Shown: positions 27,180 to 39,332, counted from the first letter of the stretch. The stretch: 64,000 nt of DNA from Squalus acanthias (GCA_030390025.1 CM059436.1:39308001-39372000), one strand, 5' to 3'. The notes: generated by a model from the letters alone, not told the origin. Made by a program: numbers and translations.

Positions 27180-27590
27180 TCCCTGATGGCTCAGTGTAGA
27201 AATGCACCATTCAGTGTGTTTCTAAAGAAGCTTTTATGTTGCGCTAGTGGTGCTGGGTTGTCTCGCACTGCAGTTGCATGGCCAGTTTCAAGCCAAATGT
27301 AAAACTGTGGAACTCGTGAAAACCAGTGGCCTGGAAGACCCAGTAAAAACAGGACAATCAGTTGGAGTTCCTGTTCTTGATTTAGTGACTGGAAAGTGCA
27401 CATTTTTGGCTGCTGGGTGAGGACAAGACTGGACTCGGCTGTGATGCCCACCATGAAAGAATGGCTTGCTGGCACTTGTTGTCTAGGCTTGCATGTAAAG
27501 AAAAGGCACTTGTGTGAGGTACTGGAGTGCAGCAGGTGTCTAGGTGTGAATCAGCACCTTCAGGACAGAATGAGAAAAATGAGAGAAACA
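27180..27590 (+). mobile_element. Old tRNA-derived SINE (AmnSINE2-like), copy 2, near full length
   Basis: A-box-like head TCCCTGATGGCTCAGTGTAG; core GGGTGAGGACAAGACTGGACTCGGCTGTGATGCCC...TGTCTAGGCTTGCATGTAAAGAAAAGGCACTTG..GAGGTACTGGAG...TCAGCACCTTCAGGA; purine-rich tail. Confidence 0.7.
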
Positions 27591-30042
27591 CACAATTAAA
27601 AGTGCCAGTGACAAGATGAAAGAATTCACATGGACAATAATGTTCAGCGCCTACACAGCAAGTGTCAACAATAACATTTCCAATTAAGAGTCCTATTTCA
27701 GTGCTGAGATCCCAAATTTTCTGGAAAAACTTGTAATCCTTATCCTCTTATTTTCAAGAGAGATTTCTGCTTCTGATATAAATGCAAGTTCTTTCTTTTG
27801 ATGTGAGTGTTTCACAATACTGCAGTATATATAACTATAATACTTATTGTGATTGAAAGAAAATTAGTTAAAGAACCATAAAGGAGCCTTTGTACTAATG
27901 TTGAATTTCATGAGAAAATTCAGCATTCTTGGAATTCAGTAATATTAGGAATATTGATTTATCCCAATACCTTAAAAATGATTATAACTTCAAAATGATC
28001 CCAATGTGCTTTATTTGGTTGCTGTGTGGGATCCCCTGCATGCTCCCTTGCATTAAATAGACCTGTATAAGAGATCTAAAGCATAAGAGGTTAGAGTTAG
28101 AACACCGTGCAAAAAACTTTAATGGTATTTTCTTGTAGAACACTTATTCAGTGGGTGGGCCGTGGGTGACTGCTTGAATGCTTTGCATTGTTCTGTTGTG
28201 AGCGATGGATTGACAACCTTTCAGTGGGATTAACAGAGAAACCCTAGAATTTGAGTGTTGTTTTTCATTTAAAAAGAGTCAAATGCAATAATCTTTATTG
28301 TTGTGGGGAATTAGGGTTAATTTGGATCTGCTTGATCTTTTTGCCGAGTTCTCTCATTCTTAATACTGCAGTGAATGTGATGCCAAAATGCTTCATTGAG
28401 TGATCTTGTACGTTGGCCCATTCAGTGCGTATTGTAATGTGATGCAATCAGGCTCTGTGGTGTACAGATAAATGCCTGTTTAATATTGCAAGCCAAGTTG
28501 CAAAAATAGACTTTGAATCAGAACTACATGTATGGCTTTTCTAATTTGCTGTTAAACCTGCGACTTGGTTTTCAGCGCATATATACCTTTAATTCAGGTC
28601 GATTGGAACTGCTTGAACCTGTTTATACAGTATCCCTTCTATATTTACAGCAATGTACAATAGGTGTACTCATTGAACTGGAGAAGAACTGGAGAAAAGC
28701 AACTTATGTTTGCCAAACTAAACTAATATGTTTTTAATTGCATTACTTGACATGACAAATGGAACAAATTAGAACATTACTCATAACTCATGAAGATTTG
28801 TGTTTATTTTTTCAAAAGTTGCATTGTAGTCTATATTTTCCTTCGTTAAGTTGTCGGTTGAAGGAGCTCCTGCGACTATTAAAAATAACTTGAGCAGCTT
28901 AATCCTGGGAAGGGAAACAATTGGGGCTGCTCTGTTAGTTGAAGTGGTCCTCTTAACCCATCTTTATACAAATTCTACATGGACTAAGTTCCTTTTTAAT
29001 AGTTTTCTCTGGAAGTGTCGATCTAGGAAAAAAAAAATTCACTATTGCAAATGATTAATTGTTGATCAAGTAATTCCTGCTTTGAAATAACAAATTGTTC
29101 AGAGTATTTGGGGGGAAAATTGGCTCGTGCCCCCTTTTGGCGATAACTTCGCAAGCACCCCGAAAAAGTTAGCGCCCCCGCGCCCGAAATTCAGTGGTAG
29201 CACCCCAAGCAGGAGGCGGGACGCTACTGGAAGCGCTCCCTCTCCCTCTTGGGGTGCTCCCATTGAATATCGCAGCGTTATGTGCAGCAGCGCCACGCGC
29301 GTCGGCACGTAGCACCGCGGTACTGCAGGCCTCCCTCCCCTAATTAAAGGGGAGGGGCCTAGCACAGCGCGCACCGGGGCCCTGCTGGACCACCGGGGAG
29401 CGGGGTGCCGGCATAAGAGCCCAGCCCTCGAGGAGTGCTGGGCTGCCCGATCGCGGCCGGCACCCGCAGCAGGAGGCGAGAGGGGGCAGGTGCTGGCAGG
29501 CAGCCCCCCCAAAAAATGGCCGCCCTTTAATTATCGCCGCCCTGGCCGCAAAAACGTCCCCCTGACCCTGTCGGACATAACGTCCGGTGGTAGGTCAGGG
29601 GGCGCGAGCCAAGTTTGCGGCCAAAGACGCAGCGCCGCAGGGTGCTACCGGCTACCGCCGCCGCTAACATAAGAACACAAAAACATCAGGAGCAGGAGTA
29701 GGCCAATCGGCCCCTCGAGCCTGCTCCGCCATTCAATAAGATCATGGCTGATCCAATCTTGGCCTCAACACCACTTTCCCGCTCTCTCCCCATACCCCTT
29801 GAATCCCTTGTAGTTCAAATCTCTGTCAATCTCCGCCTTGAATATATTCAATGACTCCGCCTCCACAGCTCTCTGGGGTAGAGAATTCCAAAGATTCACG
29901 ACCCTCTGAGAGAAGAAATTCCTCCTCATCTCCATCTTAAATGGGCGACCCCTTATTCTGAAACTATGCCCTCTAGTTCTAGATACCCCCACTAGGGGCA
30001 ACATCCTCTCAGCATCCACCCTGTCAATCCCCCTCAGAATCT

Positions 30043-30981
30043 CTTCCCTTCCTTGACTTCTCCGTCTCCATTTCTGGTGATCGGCTTTCGACAAACATCC
30101 ACTACAAGCCCACTGACTCCCACAGCTACCTGGACTACACTTCCTCCCACCCTGCTTCCTGTAAGGACTCTATTCCATTCTCCCAGTTTCTCCGTCTCCA
30201 CCACGTCTGTTCTGACGATGCCACCTTCCATACCAGTGCTTCCGACATGTCTTCCTTTTTCCTCAACCGAGGATTCCCCTCTACTGTGGTTGACACGGCC
30301 CTTGACCGTATCCGTTCCATTTCCCGCACTTCTGCTCTCAACCCTTCCCCTCCCTCCCAGAACCACGATAGGGTTCCCCTTGTCCTCTCCTTTCACCCCA
30401 CCAGCCTCCACATTCAGCAGATCATCCTCCGCCATTTCCGCCACCTCCAACGTGATCCCACCACCAAACGCATCTTCCCCTCACCTCCCCTTTCAGCATT
30501 CCGAAGGGAGCGCTCCCTCCGCGACACCCTGGTCCACTCCTCAATCAGCCCTTCCCCTTCGCCCGGCACCTTCCCGTGCACGCGCAGGAGGTGCAACACC
30601 TGCCCTTTTACCTCCTCCCTTCCGACTGTCCAGAGCCCCAAACACCCCTTCCAGGTGAAACAGCGATTTACTTGTACTTGCAATTTAGTATACTGTATTC
30701 GCTGCTCACGATGCGGTCTCCTCTACATTGGGGAGACCAAACGCAGATTGGGCGACCGCTTTGTGGAACACCTCCGTTCAGTCCGTCAGGGTGACCCTGA
30801 GCTTCCGGTCGCCTGTCACTTTAATTCACCGCTTCACTCCCACTCTGATCTCTCTGTCCTCGGCCTATTATATTGTTCCAATGAAGCTCAACGTAAACTC
30901 GAGGAACAGCACCTCATCTTTCGATTAGGCACTTTACAGCCTTCTAGACTCAAGATTGAGTTCAACAATTTCAAACTATAA
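30043..30981 (+). pseudogene. Penelope pol remnant: RT C-terminal motif/thumb, linker and GIY-YIG endonuclease
   Basis: Frame is open from the insertion point: LPFLDFSVSISGDRLSTNIHYKPTDSHSYLDYTSSHP...FSQFLRL, continuing into ORF 30247-30981 with C..RRCNTC and VYCIRCSRCGLLYIGETKRRLGDRFVEH...VACHF...LEEQHLIFRLGTLQP. Confidence 0.92.
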
Positions 30982-31157
30982 CCCCTGCCCCCATTTTTCC
31001 TGCTGTATGATTTTGCCATCCCCATTTGCAACATTTTATCTTTCCTGCCTCTTACATAAGCACAGTATGTTCCTTCAATTCCTTCCTCCCCTCCCACCCC
31101 CTCCCCCTCCCCCTGTCTCTGCACCTGCTTAAATCTGTTACATCTACAGCTTTTTCC

Positions 31158-31194
31158 AGTTCTGATGAAGGGTCCCAGACCTGAAACGTTAACT
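31158..31194 (+). ncRNA. Minimal type I hammerhead ribozyme motif in the Penelope terminal repeat
   Basis: AGTT-CTGATGA-AGGGTCCCAGACCT-GAAA-CGTT-AACT: both core boxes, helix II AGG/CCT, helix I AGTT/AACT, palindromic ACGU at helix III. Confidence 0.8.
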
Positions 31195-31762
31195 CTGTTT
31201 CTCTCTCCATGGATGCTGCCTGGCCTGCTGAGTGTTTCCAGCATTTTCTGTTTGTTATTCCCCTCAGAATCTTATATGTTTCAATAAGATCACCTCTCAT
31301 TCTTCTAAACTCCAATGAGTATAGGCCCAATCTGCTCAACCTTTTGTCATATGTCAACCCCTTCATCCCAGGAATCAACCTAGTGAGCCTTTTCTGCGCT
31401 GCCTCCAATGCAAGTATATCCTTCCTTAAATATGGAGACCAAAACTGTATGCGGTCTCACCAGCGCCCTGTAAAGTTGCATCAAAACTTCCCTACTTTTA
31501 TACTCCATACCCCTTGCAATAAAAGCCAACATTCCATTAACCTTCCTAATTACTTGCTGTACCTGCATGCTAACTTTTTGTGTTTCATGTACTAGGACCC
31601 CCAGATCCCTCTGTACCTCAGCATTTTGTAGTCTCACTCCATTTACATAATAATTTGCTTTTTCATTCTTCCTTCCAAAGTGGATAATCTCACATTTTCC
31701 CACATTATACTCCATCTGCCAAATTTTTGCCCACTCACTTAATCTATCATTGCAGACTCTTT

Positions 31763-32597
31763 GGGCGCGATCTTGCCAGCCCTCGGGAGGTGGGTATGGA
31801 GGCGGGACTTCCAGAAAAATGGCAGAATCTGGGGGCGGGTGTCCATCCCGCCCCCAACCCGCCTCTGTGCCATCTTCCCAGGAGGTGGGTAGCTGACCCG
31901 CGCTGGGTCCCGTCTCCTGGAGGCGGGAAGGGGATTACAGCCACTTAACTGCCTGTTAACAGGTAATTAACAGGCAGTTAAGAGGATTATCCCCATTTTT
32001 CCACCTGAGGCGCGGGCTTCCCGACGTCAGGAAACCCTGCCAGGGTCACCAAGGCGAGCAGTGGGTCTGCGGGGTGCAAAAGTGCGTTGTGAAGGTAAGT
32101 GATGGGTGCAAGTGTGGAGAGGTAAGTATGTAAGGTGAGTGGAAAGTGATAGAAAATGTTTACTTAACTTTGTTTCTTCCTGCAGGCTTCAACAGTTGGG
32201 GATGCGGAGAGTCTTGCATCTCAATGGCAGAGATGACAGATGGCTGCTGCATTCTGCGATGCAACAACCATCTAATTTCTGCTCACAAAAGAGGTTTGAT
32301 GAGTCTTGAATACAAGGACTCATCAAACAACATAGAATGTCAGTGTTTGTCAGCTTCACAGAGCTGTCAAACGATGACAATTCATCTGTCAAAAATTTTT
32401 GACAGATGAAACGTCATACGCTGACGTTATCTGTAACCGGCTTCCCCTTAATTGGCCTTCTAAGCCCGCTGGGCGGGCTTAACAAGGTCAATCAAGGGAA
32501 AATAGCGTGGATTGGCCAGAAGTCGATAGAGGCGGGACTAAAACCCGACAAGCTGCAGTCCCGCCTCCAATGTGCCTCCATTGACAAAATCACCCCT
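31763..32597. mobile_element. Non-autonomous DNA transposon (PIF/Harbinger-like) inserted into the CR1
   Basis: CR1 sequence GCAGACTCTT|..|AGTGTCCTCCTCACAAC resumes across it; imperfect TIRs GGGCGCGATCTTGCCA / TGACAAAATCACCCCT; flanks TTT and TTA; several internal hairpins. Confidence 0.85.
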
Positions 32598-33513
32598 TTA
32601 GTGTCCTCCTCACAACTTGCTAACCCACCTATCTTTGTATCATCAGCAAATTTGGGTACAGTAGACTCGGTCCCTTCATCCAAGTCATTAATATAGATTG
32701 TAAATAGTTGAGGCCCCAGCACTGATCCCTGTGGCACCTCACTAGTTACTGATTGCCAACCGGAAAATGACCCATTTATCCCGACTCTCTGTTTTCTGTT
32801 AGTTAGCCAATCCCCTATCCATGTCAATATATTGCCCCCACTGAATTTCGCGGGAGGCGTTAGCGACACCGTGCCTGGGCGCTAGTTGCTTTGCGCCCCG
32901 GTAGCACCCCTAACAGGAGGCGCAAAGCTGTGGAATTTTTCCCCCTTTATATTTAAAAGTAAACTTTAGAGAAAATATTCTGTTAAATCCAATTGGCGAG
33001 CTAGAATTAACTGATAAACTCAGAAATAATTGAATGGTCCATTTTACTTTCAGCCAAAATTTGGATTGGTGTGACATTTTGATGTTTGACCCTTCAGGTT
33101 TAACATTAATGACAAATGAAGGAATGTTTGGCTCCTGGTATGTTCATTGTGCACCTTTTAAACCTGTTTCACCTTATTTGGCCAAGCCCAAATCTCTACT
33201 GACAATACAAATATTGACAGCAGTTTGGGAGGCTATTGACTGTTGACCCAAAGGTTACAGGAAGTGCCAAGATAGTTATAATGTCTCGTGCCAAAGAGTG
33301 AGGGCATTACTACACACTTGAGGTCACTTCCATAAACCAAGGGGAATAGTTTACCAACTGCAGCCAACAATTTGCAGCCAATGTAATTTTATTGTGCCCA
33401 AGAGATAAATTTATTTTCTAAATGAGAAATGTTTTCACTTGCTGTAGATAGGCCCTAGGCAGCAGTTTGCAATATCAGCAGGCAATAGTCTCAGTTTTGC
33501 AGTTGGATGTCAT

Positions 33514-34063
33514 GGGGTAGAAATTAGTCTGGGCCTGTTTTCGTGCCCAGACTTGGTGCTGCGGATCCAGCGTGTCCCGAACAGAGAGACCCGAGGATCG
33601 AAAGAAATTAGTCCTCGAGCCTCATCTGTATACTCAGGGCGAGCTGCCAGTTGAGCTACTACAGACAACTCACCACAGCAGCCCCCAGGTAAATCCCTGG
33701 AGGGGAATTGAAACAAGCTATGGGTGGGATGGGGAGGGTGCTCCTCCTGGCTCCATAGGAAGGTGAAAAACGAATTTCAGAAACTTACCTTTAGTTGGTG
33801 GCCACGGGGGCTGCTGAAGGATTCTGAGAGGGGCAGGCATTGGACTCATGAGGTAACCAAATTGTCAAAGGGGTCCTTTAATATGTGTTAACACAATGCC
33901 TGTTTTAGGCTTTGCCCGGAACCCCTAAAATTTGGGCTCCATGAGTTTGGCAGTGGAACCAACACCTGCGCAGATTGGGTGCAGGCCGTCCCACTGCTAA
34001 ATTAGTATGCTTTTCGCCTGTTTTATGCCCAAAAAACAAGCAACCCATACCAGTTTCTACCCC
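33514..34063. mobile_element. MITE (PIF/Harbinger-like)
   Basis: TIRs GGGGTAGAAATTAGTCTGGG / CCCATACCAGTTTCTACCCC; 3-bp TSD CAT (33511-33513, 34064-34066). Confidence 0.88.
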
Positions 34064-34234
34064 CATGAATCCTCCTCCATTGGTCTTGTTTAAGGCGTTA
34101 GTCCTTGGTCATAAACTACTAAGTATTACACATCTGCATAAATGGATTATGTGTGCATTTTAATTGTTTTATGCATATTATTAAGATGAGTCATATCAGT
34201 TCGGATACTGAAACATTTTATTTTTCACACGTTT

Positions 34235-34580
34235 GAGCATTCCTAGGGCAAGTACCAAATGCAGAGTGACGGTCCCTTTACTTTGCTATAAACAACATGC
34301 CTTAACCCCAATTTCAGAAAATTTTCTCTTAATCGACCAGTGTGAATTTTCCTTTTCACTACCAGTCATGCCTGACATCTCTCAGCGAAACTGATAATAG
34401 CGGCGATTTGTGCTGAATTATGAGCAATTTTGGGCTGTTGACTTGTGGTCACTAGGAAATGGGTTGAAACAGTCCAAAGTCCTTTTACTTAAGACTCATA
34501 CAGCCAGCTAAAAGAGGAGCCTTTCACCCCTTTAAATCTAGGTCTCAAAGTTCAAAGGGCATCATGCTACCTAGTCTCCT
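34235..34580 (-). mobile_element. Ancient LF-SINE-like SINE, copy 2
   Basis: CTCTCAGCGAAACTG..GGCGATTTGTGCTGAATTATGAGCAATTTTGGGCTGTTGACTTGTGGTCACTAGGAAATGGGTTGAAAC resembles 4200-4290 and the recalled LF-SINE core. Confidence 0.5.
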
Positions 34581-37500
34581 CGAATGTACCTGTGCTTGCA
34601 TATGTGCCATTTAAAATCCAGTGTACAAATTGCATCACTACTAAGTGCATTGTATAAGTCACGTTAATCTATAAATGACTGCCTTATACTCAAAGTCTCA
34701 AACATATCCTTGAGAGAGATATGTCCGTGTTATGTACATGTGTGTGTAATATATTATAACATTTCTCAGCAGATTTTCAGATGTTCACAATTACAACTCT
34801 GATGTTATGTGTTGAAAGTTGAAATTGTGCTGTGTATCTCCATACCTAATTTCACGCATAATTTAGATTTTCTTGCTTCAAGAAAGTAAATACAGTCGAG
34901 AAATGGTCAGCTCTATTATTGATAGTTGCTGCCTTACATAGATTTGTATGACAGACAACTGAGTCCTTTGAACATGTAATAATGGGTACAAGGCCATACA
35001 GTAGTAATAGTATGAAGTAAGCGGCCATTTGAAACCATTTAAAATGTCAGTGACTACATTAATGCTACCTAAAAATTGATTTTTAATTTGTACCAGGTGA
35101 CTTAATAAAACTTTCTTTTATGCTTTCTTTATTACCGCCTCACATTACAACAGGATTGTCATTTAATACGTCCAAAAAAGTTGAGAAGGTTCATTGATTT
35201 CTTCAAAAAATATATATGAGCTGATCCAAGTCAGTATTTTCCTCTGCATTCCTTCCTTCCATCATTGGGTGCCTCATCCTGCACCACACCCACCTTAACT
35301 GACAGCTCACATTCTATCTGCCGCTGCATATCCTCGCCAACTTCCATCTGACTGTATAACTCTTCTCCTACCTCAAACCAATGATCAATGTTAAAAATAA
35401 CAAATCGACTACTCTTATAACTTTAAAGCAGCAGATGCATAATATGTGAAATATTGAATCCAAGTGTCTTTTGAAAATACTTTTTATTAAGATTGAATTT
35501 ATTTTTACATTGGTGAAACAAGAACATAAATTTAACAAAACAAAGGGAAAATCAATCATGAAATGTGAAACACTTTAAAAAGACAAGCACCGTCTACATA
35601 ATAGTCTTAACATATATATTCTGTATAAAAATTTAAACTATAAATATAAAATGGCTTTCAATCCATCTCCCAACTATTGATGTAACTCAGCCACTTTGTG
35701 ATCAATGATGGCACATTTTTATACATCTCAGCCGCTTCCTCAGCACTAAATCTTTGTTCTGGGCATTTTATTTCTCCTCCTTCCAAAGTCTAATCCTCCT
35801 GGCGAGTACTATTTATATGCGCTAGTGTCAGAAGGTGATTCTTTTCAAAATTCTGATATGACTGCAGTATTTGTGTGTAATTTTGAGAGAATGAAGTTAA
35901 TCAAATTCTCAACATATTTACGTTTGTTGTGACATGTTTGAAAGTGTGCTTTGGTAAAACACTGCGCAAACACTTCAAATTATGTAAAATGAAAAACATA
36001 TATGTCGGTGGGACAGAGAATGTTTCTCATCAATTATTTCTTGACTGTAGACCATTTGAATTATGTCATTTTTTTGGAACATGTAAAGCCACTACCACAG
36101 AGTGTAGAGCAGAATTCAGCTTAACGCAAAGGGATCCATGTTATTTTGGAATAATCATTTGGCATTCTTAACTAATCTTGTACTTTCTCTATTTCTCTTT
36201 ATATCCAGTAAATAGAAATTTTATTGGATAGTAAATGTATTGTGATATTGTTTATTCTACAGTATATGTATTTTCAATCTGAATTATAAATATATTTTGA
36301 GACTGAAAGTGCAACATAGGATGAATAAATCATCATAAAGTGCTTCCATAAATCTGGCAGTTCCAAACTGGCAGGATAAAGCAACCCTTTATTGTGGAAA
36401 GATAGTGAAGCGTTATCGTAATTAACCCATTACTGCTACTGCTTTTGAATGTTTCATCCTTAGCGTCTGTTAGCATGTCTAGTTGGTATTTAAACAATGT
36501 ACCACAATGGATTCATAACAAGTATTGTAGCTATTGTATTACACACTATTTGTTAATAACATGTTAAGTGAAATATGACATTAAATTAATTTTATAAATC
36601 AAACTGAAAATTAACAGAATAAGGACTGGTTCACTGTTAACAATGTAAAAAATAAGTTGTCAAAAAAGAAGGTTGTAGAAATGTTGCCAAACAGATGCGA
36701 AGGGATTAAAGGATTAACTCCAGGGTCAGGGCTATTCACTTGCTAACATATTCATGGCGCTAACGATAGGGCAGTTCACACCTACTGTCGACCAGAAGCG
36801 AAGAAGGGTTTAGTGTGTTTGTGTGTCTTGAGGTTTTAAGTCACAACTAGTATCTACTGACATTTGATGAGACCCTGCTATAACGAAAAAAGAATAAATC
36901 ATTTCAAAATACTGTCCTTAGCAAGTGGTTTGACATTCTGAAATTATGTACTAATCGGATTAAGACGCATAATAGTAGGATGATGATTGGGTTTCAGTTT
37001 ATTTCTATAATTTCTGAATTTCAAGTTAAAATGTGCACCATCATAGATTTCAGCCCACAGTATTTAACAGTAAAGAGGAGACACTTAATCCCAGTGGATG
37101 GCAGTATTCTGCTTTTGTATGAAATCACTGTAACTAAAGCCGTAGATTGATTTGGAACATCTTATCCCATTTGTTATGAGTATATTGCAATTTTCTTTTC
37201 AATATATTAAAAGGAATATGGTTTTTGAATACTTGTCCTGTGTTTTTCTCAAGAACAGTGGTGTCCATTAATTGTCTCCAGTTGGGTGTATTTAAAAATA
37301 GAAAATGTGAAGTTCCTCATAAAAATGATGACTACCTTAGGACATTTTGAATAATAGTTCCAAAAGTGTGGAAGAGAAAAATGGCACTTTTGGACTTCTT
37401 TTGGTACTTTAGTATCACATTGCACATACAAATAGAAGAGGAAACATAGAATCATCTCAAATCTAGTGTTATTTCAGGTTTCATTGATGCACATCCAGCC

Positions 37501-39291
37501 AAGGATATGGGTCAACAATGCTACAGATTCACCCATTACATTCTGACACTGCTGTCTTTTAATTTGTAGAACTCTATAGACCCTTTTTGGAGGGTTGATA
37601 CTTACAGCATGAGAACTCGCGATTCTGAAAATTGAATCAATAGTAAGTATTTGGTAGCCAAGGTATAATTTTACCAGAAAGTGCAGGTGATATCCTACCA
37701 TAGCAGGGTGGTGGAGCTGTGATTGGCTAGTGGGAAGTGTATCTGCTCTAGCTTGATGGAGGCATGGGTTAAATCCATATAAAGTGGATCCTTTCCATCT
37801 TGTAGCTGTCTGAACTGAACTCCTCACAAGCTGAGTATAACCAGTTACTACTGTAACAACAGAGCAACAGTACGCACCTACTGTACATTTACAACTTGCT
37901 GTAAAATGTATTCGGTATTTGCCGATGCTGCTTGTTCCATACAACCAGGAAGCTGTTTAATATCCTAACTAAAGATTGGGAGATCATTTTTAAGCAAATC
38001 CAATGTTTTGTGCTAAAGGGAAATGCTTTTAAAAAGTGCGATCTGATGGGAAAGGAGACAGTGAGATGGCAAGCTAATTATTTTTTTCAACCAAATAGTG
38101 AATATTCAAAGTTCATTTATCCTCCCCAGGGAACCTTGTTGCAGCTACAATTAAAGTCAGCATTTTTTTTCACATTGTAAATATGTTAATTATTACATTT
38201 ACAAAGTAACAGAATTAGTTGTTCGTGTGCTGCTTGACAGAGCAGAGAAATAGAGGCAATGTTCCTATGAAGACTTTTATACCTTTATCAAATAACTGGA
38301 ATATCTATTTTTGTAAGCCATATCATCAAATGTAAGATGCAGACCCCTCTACAATTACTGGCTGTGACCAGGAGGACCGTGTTCATCCTGGCTCGCTGGG
38401 AGTTCTCCAAGGTAATTGAAATTCTACCTCCATAGAGTTCAGATGAGAAGTGATATGAAGATGTGGGAAAACCTGAGCTGAATTGATTTTTTTTCCCCTT
38501 AATGTTTGGACAAAGAAATAACTTAGCTAAGTGTAGCAGAGATGATAAGCGCATTCAGTCATGGTAGATTAAGAGGCCTGCATCAGTTAACACAGACTGT
38601 ATTTTATTCTCCCTCTATGTGCTGCCATGTTTAGATTGGAGATTAATTGCAATAGAATTACAGTACGTCTGTTTGTTTTTTTAACAATTGCAAATTACAT
38701 TAAACAGCCGATGTGTTTTCTAATATGATTGTTCTTACCTGATAATTGGGATGGCGCCACATGAGGTTTTGATAAGAAATTCATAAACACTCCTTTATGA
38801 AGCCCTCATGACTTCATTTTGTGACTATCTAGGGTGACAAATTATTTGAAGAAAGCAGACCTATACACAAAACACAATGCTCCATTTCTTTCAGCATTAT
38901 GACTGTTTGTTTATTTTTCAAATATTTGCCCTGTGTTATCTGCCATATGATGAGGAATATAATGAAATGTTATACAGTGGCAGTGTTTCCTGGCTAATTT
39001 CTTTATTTGCTCTGCCTGTAGCCTGATGGCCGTACTTGGGCAGAAAGTATGACATTGTTATCTACTCGTGCAATTAGAGATCAGCCTCTTTCATTCCAGT
39101 CCTATTTGAAGATTGATTTGATTTTCGTCCAATAACAAAAAAAATAACAGAATACAGCTTGGTTTTGCGCAGATATCTGTAGCTGTGAAGTGTTAATTGC
39201 AATTTAGATAAGGATTAGAAGGACCATATCTCAGTAGACCACATTTATTTGCAAGTGCTGTACTGTAATGCATCATGATTTCTCGTGGTTT

Positions 39292-39332
<41 letters not shown>
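39292..39332. repeat. (TG)n microsatellite
   Basis: About 20 alternating purine-pyrimidine units. Confidence 0.97.

Larger units (their letters stand above)
30043..31259 (+). mobile_element. Penelope-like retroelement, 5'-truncated
   Basis: RT C-terminus plus GIY-YIG endonuclease, then 3' terminal repeat; flanked by 13-bp duplication CCCCTCAGAATCT (30030-30042, 31260-31272). Confidence 0.95.
29667..32840 (-). mobile_element. CR1 LINE (5'-truncated RT) in three pieces: 29667-30042, 31260-31762, 32598-32840
   Basis: Collinear RT segments VPQGSVLGPQLFTIYINDLD..KFADDTKIGG (32492-32869), CEIIHFGRKN..QRDLGVLVH (31380-31715), RRMRGDLIETYKIL (31052-31408), FFSQRVVNLWNSLP (29765-30094); CATAAGAA tail at 29668. 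Confidence 0.95.
29110..32945. mobile_element. GC-rich MITE (PIF/Harbinger-like) split into 29110-29666 and about 32837-32945 by nested insertions
   Basis: TIRs GGGGGGAAAATT / AATTTTTCCCCC; 3-bp TSD TTT (29107-29109, 32946-32948); subterminal inverted motif CGAAATTCAGTGG / CCACTGAATTTCG. Confidence 0.85.

Noticed and set aside
29110-29666. Apparent CpG island or promoter
   Set aside because: It is the left part of a TIR-bounded MITE with a TSD
30034-30658. 138-aa and 201-aa ORFs overlapping the Penelope element
   Set aside because: Alternative-frame or antisense shadows of the C-rich Penelope coding strand
37474-37944. 156-aa minus-strand ORF
   Set aside because: No recognisable domain, non-ATG start, and a length that can occur by chance in 64 kb
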